From NCBI GenBank assembly GCA_907165135.1, contig OU015568.1, forward strand, positions 12,400,001 to 12,464,000: DNA of 64,000 nt, given 5' to 3'. How positions within the stretch are numbered: position 1 is the first letter of the stretch; every line of letters begins with the position of its first letter. The notes beneath the pieces were generated by a model. That model worked only from the letters and a program-made list of their open reading frames with translations, made no database searches and was not told the origin of the DNA. Of the stretch, positions 55,170-64,000 are shown one piece after another. Source of the DNA: Oikopleura dioica (Eukaryota; Animalia; Chordata). The position numbers and the translations under genes were made by a program.

Positions 55170-56714
55170 CCAATTAGGCACTTTATTGCCGCCATAAAGT
55201 GGGGAAAACAGTGAGCGAGTATTTGTTGATGGTTTCATTGATTATGAGTGCGTTATCGGTTATTCTTTTTATTGAATAAAAAGGTTCAATGAGATGATTC
55301 TTGAATTTATTAATCCTTCGATAATGTCAACCAAATCAATTTGCGTCAATTACCAAAGTTCTCCCGATCTTTGATTTTTACGATGAGAAAGTTTGAAAGC
55401 CACTTTATTGGTAATCGAACTTTCAGAAGAAGGATAATTTCGGTAGTTTGTTACGGGCGTGTCTATCTTACGCGGTCAGTGGTGAATTTTTGAATAGAAA
55501 AAACATTACAAGGAGTCAATTCTCATTTTGTTTAGAATTCAGCGGACACTAGAATTATTTTAAAAGCGTCATTTAGGCCAGAGAGGTAATTGCGCTAAGA
55601 CCGCAATTATAAAAATTATGGGCTTATGATAAGCTTCGGTTCGCGTTTCGATCTTTCTACCTGCTCTGTTACTGTATTTTCCTACTCTTGAATTTTTGAC
55701 TGGTTTGCTGCTTGATCTGACATAAGAGTTACTATCCCTCGCTTATTCAAAATAAACAGTAGCGACAGTCTTTGACTTGCTGCCCTCAGATTATGCTGAA
55801 CTCAAGTTTAATCCTGCCAAATCATGTCGGTAAAGAATGTGAGTGCATATTTATTATGCGGCTTTAAATTGGTGTGAGAACTTAATATTTACAAGCCACT
55901 GACAAGACGGAAACGCGTCAAACTTATAAAAAATAGTATAATTGCAGGCTCTTAAACCCAGATCCTCGGATTTAGACATTCTAGAGCCGTGTAACAGACA
56001 GTAAAATGACCTCAGAAAGATTTTCTATTCATTTTTTCTTTTAAAAATTTGAGTTTGACGCGATCGACTTCAAGTGGCTTTAATATTTCCTGCTCATTAA
56101 AAATATTCTTGGCCGAGAAAAATTTACTTCCCTAAATTTAATCCAATTTGGCAGGATTTTATTCCGGCTAGGTGCCAGAAGTACCTCTGGAAATAGTTTT
56201 CCTCGATTTTTAGTATGTTCAGGTTCGGCTATAAAATCACAACAATCCACGTGCTCCATTTTAATAAAACTCATCGTAACAATCAATCGCCATCAGGAGC
56301 TTTAGGGACCACCCTTGAATTATTAATAGGTCTTGCAGCGAGGGTAATTATTCGCTGGAAAGAAGAGGGAGCCGATCCATCTTTGGAAATGTGTATCCTT
56401 CGAAAGGTGAAATTTCCGCTCCCGTCAAATGCCAACCGTCACGTTGTTAAATTCCAAATTTGGCGTCTTTATTTAGCCCGTTATTTGCAAGGCCAAACGT
56501 TTCCGGTTCCAAAATCAAGGAGCAAGTTTTCCATCACAAATTCGCTACCTCAACTTGAGGTCCTCAAGCTCAGGTCCTCAACTGCGAGCTACAGTATAAG
56601 TTTTTCTAACAGATCTGCCCCTCATTAAAATACGGACCAGTCCAGCAAGGCCCTCTTTTCACGCATTTCAAAAAGTCCAATTAATGAACTTTTAAGAGAG
56701 TGGGCTGTCCAGGG

Positions 56715-57142
56715 CAGGGTTCGGTATTTTGAATTCGCGAAATTATTCGTTTTTCATTTGAATTTCTATTTATTCGTTTACGAATATTCTCTATTGAGCG
56801 AATATTCACAACGAATGAAATCGAATTTTCTCGGAGAATTTTTCAGAAATTCAGCGAATTTCTCAAATATTCGCTCTGCCGCGCGCTCTGATTGGTCGGG
56901 CTTTGACGTTGCGCAGCCTATAATTTTATCTTCACCGCCTAAATAACCTTATAGCTCGCGGGCGCCACCCTTTTCTCACCCGCGGCCCTGGAGTTCAGCC
57001 AATCCAGGGCTGTACGCTCAATTTCGAGCGAATATTCGCCCGAATAGGCGATTCGCGAACAATCGCTTATTCGCTTTAGAAAAGAGCATATTCGCTGCGT
57101 GTATTGGCGAATTTTTCGACGAATTCAAAATACCGAACCCTG
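56715..57142. mobile_element. hAT-type MITE, 428 bp
   Basis: TIR CAGGGTTCGGTATTTTGAATTCG; 8-bp TSD GTCCAGGG (56707-56714, 57143-57150). Confidence 0.92.
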
Positions 57143-57703
57143 GTCCAGGGGCCCTTTGTCGATAACTGTCAAAAAATTTGAAGCATCGGCCGAAACTGAC
57201 GCTCGAATTGGCGAAAGGGCTCTAAGCCAGGCTTACGGTTTTAAATTTTTCCAAGTCCTTGAGTTTCAACTTGAGTCTTTTTCAAGTTTTGAAAAACTTG
57301 GCAAGGGTATTTTTGGGTGGAAAATGTATATTGACGGGTTAAATATGCATATTTCTATTGATAAAGAAGGTGAATCTGTTGTTAGGGAAGATTTTTATAT
57401 TTGGTAATTTTCGCTGTTGCAGAAAAGCTCAAAGGAATTCTTCTGGTTTGACGACTTGTCATGATTTACGAGTGCACTAATCCTACCCATTCAAACTGCC
57501 CTTTCGTACTTTCTCATTATAACCAATTTTTCATCAGCAAATGTCAACTTACATAACCCGCCGCATGAAAAGTCCAAATCATCTGCAAATATTTTTCTTG
57601 CCGCTGCGAGAATTAGCTTAATTGAAGCGATAGTTGCAGCTTTTTTTGGCAAGATGCGTGAGAAAACATCGTGTAGGATCAGGCAAAGGCGAGTGAAAAG
57701 TAT

Positions 57704-57775
57704 TGAAGAAGCCTGGGGTCGAACCAGGGACCTCCGTGTTCATGAACCGGTGTGCTACCACTGCACTACTTCTCC
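57704..57775 (-). ncRNA. tRNA-like Pol III unit inside the 3' LTR
   Basis: 72 nt; acceptor, D and T stems pair; A box TAGTGCAGTGG and B box GGTTCGACC; anticodon arm non-canonical; TTTT follows. Confidence 0.8.
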
Positions 57776-58075
57776 TGGGGACTATGTCCGCCATTTGAGC
57801 CAGTTACTATGCCTAAGAGGAGGGGACCTTCTCCCACAACTCCCCCTAGTAACTGCTCTAACAACTCGTCTTACATATGCCGCCTTGGGTTTTGGTTCTT
57901 TGTCTGGTGCCACGGTCCCCAACCGTTACAAGCCTACCAACCCTCCCAACCTTCAGCTTCTCCTGAGCTACTGAGTGAACCTTTGTCAATCTCAGCTTAG
58001 GGTTTGTTTTGGCTACCTAGACAACCCACTGTCTTCACCAGTTTGTAGGATCAGGCAAAGGCGAGTGAAAAGTAT

Positions 58076-58147
58076 TGAAGAAGCCTGGGGTCGAACCAGG
58101 GACCTCCGTGTTCATGAACCGGTGTGCTACCACTGCACTACTTCTCC
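58076..58147 (-). ncRNA. tRNA-like Pol III unit inside the 5' LTR
   Basis: Identical to 57704-57775. Confidence 0.8.
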
Positions 58148-58264
58148 TGGGGACTATGTCCGCCATTTGAGCCAGTTACTATGCCTAAGAGGAGGGGACC
58201 TTCTCCCACAATCGTCAGAGTTGTAGCATTTGCGGACGATTGTATTTTATATAGCCCCTGAGAG

Positions 58265-58586
58265 CAGGGTTCGGTAATTTGAGCTCAAGCTAAAACTCAT
58301 TTTGGCTAGACGCTCAAATTTCCTCAAATTGAGAACTCAAAGTGACTTGAGAAATCATTTTGAGAAGATTTGAGAGTTTTGAAAGTTTTGAGTTTTTGGG
58401 AGATTTGAGAGTTTTGAGTTTTCAAAACTCAAATTAAGCGAGCGCTTCCTTGATTGGCTCATGGATCGCCAGAATTGATTTCTCACCTGAGCTCTCATCT
58501 CTGAGTTCTCAAAACTCAAATTAAAAACGTGAGTCTCAAGCTTTGTTTCCTTGAGTTTTAGCGTGAGCTCAAATTACCGAACCCTG
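58265..58586. mobile_element. hAT-type MITE, 322 bp
   Basis: TIR CAGGGTTCGGTAATTTGAGCTC; 8-bp TSD CCTGAGAG (58257-58264, 58587-58594). Confidence 0.92.
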
Positions 58587-59058
58587 CCTGAGAGAGATTT
58601 CCACTTTCCCAGTAGTGAACGCTGCAAGTTTTCAAATATTTGAATGCTGATTAAAAAATTCAAAGAGGGGTCAATGCTCTTAGCAATCGGCTTCTATCGG
58701 TTTTACAAAGCTATAATAATTAATAGGTAGATTCTGAAATATTACAGTTATGACATGTGCCTTGTTTTAGTGTTCAAAGATGAATAGTCAAATAAACTTC
58801 TGAAAAGTCCTTTCATCAATGCCTAATAACTCGACCATTATCTTGGCGCATGAATAGAAAGAAAAATTTCTCCCCTCTCAGAGCAACGGAACGATTCGTG
58901 TGAACATTTAGAATTTGCCTCTACAAAGAATTTTTCTTCACACAAAAAGGGGCAGACAGGAAGCTTTCGTTTAACCAAGGTCATTATTTCTTTTATTCCC
59001 GAGTCTAATTGATGTTTTTCGGTATTTTCTCTGAAAATAGTCTTTATTTTTTCTAAGT

Positions 59059-62000
59059 TTAGTGAAATCGAAGCCAGTAGATAATTTCAGTTCCAGCTTC
59101 GTCCATCCACTTCTGGTTCTTGAGCAACTGAGTTTCGCAATGATCGAATGCTCTTTGGTCGAAAAGAGAAAGTGGACCGGTCCAGCGGATGATCGAGTCT
59201 TTCAAGTCATTCAGTCGCTGCTTGTCTTTTGAGAGTTCAATTTTGGAATCATAGAGGATGTCAAATGATTATTGAATTAAATGTTTAAACCCTTTCTTGT
59301 GCATTTGTTTCTTGCATGTACTCGCAGAAGCCTTTGACGACGGAGTTGATGACGCCCTCTTCCTTGATGACTTCGATGATTGCCTGGTCGTCGATGAACA
59401 AATCAATGACGATGTCTCGGATCTCAGGCTGCTCGGCTGCCTTCATCGCAAACTCACTGACGTAGCTGGGATAGTCGTCTGAAAATCACACGTGACAAAA
59501 CTGAGTGATTTTACGATAAATGGAGAATTTAAGAGAGGGACTTCCTTGTTGTCAGTCTGTCTTGTTTTATAGTAATTATTAATAATTGTCAAAAAGATGA
59601 TTTGAGTTTTAATGATGCTCCCACCTGAGATATATTCGAAAACTTCGACAATTTTCGCGGCATGGCTAGCTGGGAGGTATGCGAGGGCTTCAAGATTACT
59701 TCAAACTGAATTATCCGAAATTCAAAGTCAAATAAGTATATTTCTTGCGTCAAAGGAAATAAATCCCGCCTTTGATAAGTTTTGAAATTTCTTATGTAAT
59801 GATTCCATAATCCGTTTCCTGATAATTTCGCGTTGGTTTCCGCTGTAGATTTCGTCCACCAAGAGGTCAATGACTTGCTGAGTTCCGCCGCGGACGGCGA
59901 AGTGCTTTGCCTGAAGTCTGATGTGAACGTCAAGGTCGCGCCAGTCTCCGTTGCCGTTGACAACGTCAAGTGCGAGCTTCGATGCTTCCGAAAGGCACCA
60001 GCTCGATCCGTAGTTGCACGCCCAGCTTGTGTACAGCGAAGCCATTTTCTTTTCATCCGAGCCAGAAAGATCGTTGCTCATGTATCTATTCGTGCTGGCA
60101 AGGGACTGCATGTAATCTTCAAACAAGGCTCGGTTGGAGCTGAATCGGACGAGTTTCGCACCACTTCTGTGAGTATAAATTTCATCCTCGACGATTCGGT
60201 CAAACACAGTACCAGCATGCGCCCAAACGATCCAGTCCTGTGGCCGGTGGCTAATTTCAGCAATGGCCATCAACCTCGTTGGCTCCATCACGTGACCGTA
60301 ATTCGTATGGAAGTGTTCTCGATGTCCTAAAGCAGTGGCGAGGTAAAACTGATCCATAATCATTCCTGCGGTGAGCAGTTGGATGTTTTCAACGGTCTCC
60401 AGACAAGAAACCTGCGTCATTAACTGGGTAATCAATTCATTGAAGTTGGAAATAGAGCCATAAGAAGTTCTTGTGTAGGATCGTGAGTCGGGAAACGGCC
60501 AGAAATCGCGGCCAATGCGTTCTTTTCCGAAGTTGAGGGTTCGATCGGCAGCCATTGTTTCTTCTGTTAACCACTGAATTTCTGTGGAGCAAGAGTCGAA
60601 CTTCAATATTTTAACAGGAATGTTCCAGTTGTAATTCAACGAGCTCTCAGGAAGAGTGACCTCAGTATCTTGCCATAAAAATCGCTCAGCAAAAGCTTCG
60701 TGGGAGTCTTTGAAGGTAAGTAAGGGTAAACCCATCTGGAGAAAGTAGCCTTTGAAGGTTTCGTAAAACGTTTTTCCCTCTGGAAGGACTGCTGGATCGA
60801 CGAATTCGGAGATGTAGCTGAACCAAGTTTCGGTAGTAGGGTTGGTGAACTTGTTCTCGTTGAGGTATTTTTGCATACCGGCTGTTTTTTGAGTTCAGAA
60901 ATTTTGAAATTATGAGAGAAAGGTCGATCAAAGTTCGAACTTTTCCTTGGAATGCATCGATGCCGATTACGTCAATGATCATTCGGATTATTAGACTTCC
61001 CTTAGAGTAAGCGATACCGTCAAATTGGGCGTCGATAGCTTCACATGTATCCACAATGTAGCCGTCGTTGTTCTGTTTGTTCACGATCGGACGTGAGTTT
61101 CGCGTTTGATCCACCCAGTACGCCCAGTCCGAATCGTACAAGTACAAGTAATTTTCCCAGGCAATGCTCGAGTCGACAAATTGGAGACCAAAAGCTCCTC
61201 CCCATTCTGCAAAGCCCTCATTTATCTACAATTTAGATGATAGAAGGAAGATTTAATTCTCATTTTTACCCACAACTCGTCCCACCACTCTGCAGTAATC
61301 AAGTTCCCAGTCCATTGATGAACCAGTTCATGAGCTACAGTAGCTGCTACGTCAGAAGTCCAGAACTCAGTCATCTTGTCCGTATTTGTATAAAGCCAGG
61401 TGTAATCATAAGTGACTAGTCCCCAGTTTTCCATCGCTCCGAGACCGCTATTGGGGAATCCAATTTGATCGAGCTTTGGCACTCCTTGGAAGGCATCTGA
61501 ATAGTTGTAGCCGAAGAAATCGCTCAAGCCATCGAGAATAGCAATTCCAGCATCAAGAGCGAAGCTGGAAAATTCTATATTTTCAACCCACTTGGGAGAA
61601 TAAACGCGCATTCTGGCGCCGGTCTCAGGAGCAGTTCCTTCCACGTAAACGTAATTAACGACAGACAAGGAGAACAAATACGAGCTCATCTTTGGCGAGC
61701 GATCAAACACGTAAGTAACGGAAGAATCATTTTGTTGGATAACATCGATCGTATCCGTGTTCCATAATGCGTAGTAGCCTTCATTTCCGTAGAGCGTAAC
61801 TTCTAGGTCAAAAGTCGATTTGTACTCCGGCTCGTCAAACATTGGAAATGCTTTGCGGCCACCGCAAGACTCGAACTGAGTGACGAGAATGTTGCTGTAG
61901 GTCAATTCGTCAGGGCCAACGTAGTAGTCGACGAAGAAACCTTCATTCCAGCCTGCAGAAGTCACGTAATCGAATCTACCAGTAAACTCAATTCGTACAG

Positions 62001-62389
62001 TTGTCTTTTCCTGGAATTCGAATCCAACTAAAATGAAGAATAAAGAAAACTATTCTTGAAGATTTCTTACTGGGAATAGTGATGAAAATAAATCCACCCT
62101 CTTGAAAGTGCTCGACAGCTTGTCCATCAAGTGTCACTGACTTGTAAAAGAAATTCTCTTCGTTGAGCGCGAGGTATTCAAAGTCGCCCAAATTCCATTC
62201 GAAATCAACTTCCACCACGCCTGAGTAAGCGAAGTTCTCTGAGTTCAAATCGTTGATCGTCAGCTCTACCCGATAGTTCTCAGGAATAACTCCGATAGAG
62301 CCGTCTTCAGCTCTTGGTAGTCGGGACGAAGCAACCACATCTTGCCATGAGGCAAGAGCAGTGCCAAAAAGTAGCAGAAGAGGAATCAT
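59059..62389 (-). CDS. ANPEP: M1 family aminopeptidase (aminopeptidase N-like), with signal peptide
   Basis: SRLP...IPENYRV, VTQFESCGGRKAFPMFDEPEYKSTF, GAMENWGLVTY, AHELVHQWTGNLITAEWWDELW (HEXXH), IAYSKGSLIIRM, C-terminal QKWMDEAGTEIIYWL. The exact M1 paralog is uncertain. Confidence 0.9.
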
Positions 62390-62708
62390 AGGGTGACATT
62401 ATAACGCCGGTAGTTTTCTACTGAAAAACGAACTGATGCTTCGTTCTCATGATGACGACATGAGAACCATCATCTTATAGCTCCGAATTTTTCTTTCTAG
62501 AGACACAAACATTCATCAAGTCGATTCTTTCCAAATCCGACTTCTGCAGTCAGTCGGGCAGACATAGAGGTGGGCTAACTTCAGAATCTCGAAAAATGCC
62601 ACGGAAAAGTATCTTCCTGAGCTTGCCTTGTAATTGGACGGATTCCGACGTAACTGAGTCCAGCTGATTAGCTTTTTCTTTGAAGCAGGGATCTTTTTTT
62701 CGGCAGGG

Positions 62709-63991
62709 ATGATGGCAGAGATTTTTGAGAATTATCAAGGCGAAGAAAAGTAAGACTCAACTTATTTTGAAGATTCATTTCGTGATCATTTTCGATAAAA
62801 AGAGAATAGTTTCAAAATTTAAATTATTGCTCAAGGGACTCTGAGAAGGCTCCAAAAAGCGATCCTCAGAAAATGATGCGCCTTGCCCTAGAAATGTATT
62901 CATTGGGACTTGTTGGAGGCAGTCAGGCAAACGATATCGCGCTGTTAGAGCCACCGAAAGAAACTCAAAGTGTGACAGAGACTGTGAGAGTGCCAAGTGC
63001 GGATTACATCGCTGAAATTATCGGGAAAGGAGGTTATTTCGGTCAAGCGTTTATTAACAACGAAAAACCATATATTCTAGGCATGAAAATCAAATATCTT
63101 CGACAGAAGACCAAAACGTACATCAAGACGCCAAGTCGATTTGAAAAGCCAGAATTCGTCATAACAGGTAATCCGATCACTAAAGTATATAAACCGACAT
63201 TGAATCTTAGGCCGGAAAGAAGATGTCGCTAAGGCAGCAACAGAGATTCGGGAAGCGGTTGAACATTTCAATGCCGTTCGTGCTGCTCGCTATTCGCAGC
63301 GTTTTAATCCTGAACCCTCGGAAGACGCCATCACTATCAAAGTAAGGTCAAAGTAGATTACATCTATGATCCCTAATGAAACCCAGGTTCGCGTGCCATA
63401 CAAAGTTGTCGGTCTGGTAGTCGGCGTCGGAGGAACTACCATCAAGAAAATCCAGCAGCAAACTCGCACTCACATTGCGACGCCAAGTCGCACAGGCGAG
63501 CCGATTTTCCTCGTCACTGGATTGCCAGAAAACGTCGAACTCGCCAAGCAAGAGATTGAAGAGTACATCGATGCAAAAACGGAAAATTCTAAGATCGACC
63601 GAGACCTTGATTTCGCAGCGAATGGCGTTGAAATTGGCGATGATGGAAAGACGGAGAATTCTGTGTAAGAACTTTTTGACAACAACAACGATGACAGAGA
63701 TCTTTCAGATTCGGTGATTCTTCATCTACAGCTCAGGAGCGGGCTTTCAAGGCTCTTCAACAATTGAGCTCTCTTTCAATCAGCATGAGGGAAAAAGTCC
63801 ACGAATACCTAGAAAAGTAATAATGCCCCTTTTTTACGTAATTTACGATCCAATTTAGCTTAAACAGAAGCTCCATCGGAAAAACTCATTTCGATCTTTA
63901 CAAGAATTCTTTGAACCCAATTTTGAACACACCAATCGTTGTACCAGAGGAGAAACAAATCGTCGTTAACCTCAACGTACCGTTTTTATAA
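62709..63991 (+). CDS. MEX3: MEX3-like tandem KH RNA-binding protein
   Basis: MRLALEMYSLGL, VPSADYIAEIIGKGG|MKIKYLRQKTKTYIKTPSR, VRVPYKVVGLVVGVGGTTIKKIQQQTRTHIATPSR. Predicted stop at 63989-63991, followed by AATAAA. Confidence 0.88.
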
Positions 63992-64000
63992 ATAATAAAG

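Larger units (their letters stand above)
57672..58210 (-). mobile_element. TRIM (miniature LTR retroelement) with a tRNA-like unit in each LTR, 539 bp
   Basis: Identical 167-bp LTRs 57672-57838 and 58044-58210 with TG...CA ends; 4-bp TSD ATCG; minus-strand PBS TGGTGAAGACAGTGGG (58040-58025); PPT AGGGGAG adjacent to the downstream LTR; 205-bp non-coding interior. Confidence 0.92.

Noticed and set aside
55180-56700. 137-aa ORF at 56215-56628 and surrounding sequence
   Set aside because: No motif or splice support; it may be decayed repeat sequence.
57704-57775. Functional tRNA-His(AUG) or tRNA-Met gene pair
   Set aside because: The anticodon stem has only 3 of 5 pairs in the standard register, and both copies sit inside LTRs bounded by a TSD.
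59833-60330. 165-aa plus-strand ORF, and similar antisense ORFs over calnexin, CASP and FoxK
   Set aside because: Shadow ORFs opposite well-supported coding exons.

Overview
Compact, gene-dense eukaryotic genomic DNA. The very short introns, several GA-AG introns, a 25-nt gap between co-oriented genes and chordate-type proteins point to the appendicularian tunicate Oikopleura (dioica-like); this is inference, not a database result. Host genes I could read: PPT2, SPO11, calnexin, a carbonyl reductase SDR, stand-alone CASP (CUX1 N-terminus), REV1, OSBP, an EXS/XPR1-like protein, DUF1295, a HAD phosphatase, FoxK, a jacalin-domain protein, aminopeptidase N, MEX3, tRNA-Ala(UGC) and several orphans. 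The window is rich in small transposons, most with readable target-site duplications (TSDs): hAT-type (8 bp), MULE-type (9 bp), TTAA/Kolobok-like and TA. Three things stand out. (1) A 539-bp miniature LTR retroelement (TRIM) has identical LTRs that each contain a tRNA-like Pol III unit, and the predicted CCA-added 3' end of that unit matches the first 9 nt of the element's own primer-binding site. (2) A hAT-type MITE is inserted into a coding exon of SPO11; its end supplies an AG that would allow in-frame removal as a GC-AG intron. (3) An intron-rich MULE transposase gene appears to carry a rearranged acyl-CoA synthetase fragment inside an intron (Pack-MULE-like). All exon boundaries were read by eye and some 5' ends are uncertain.
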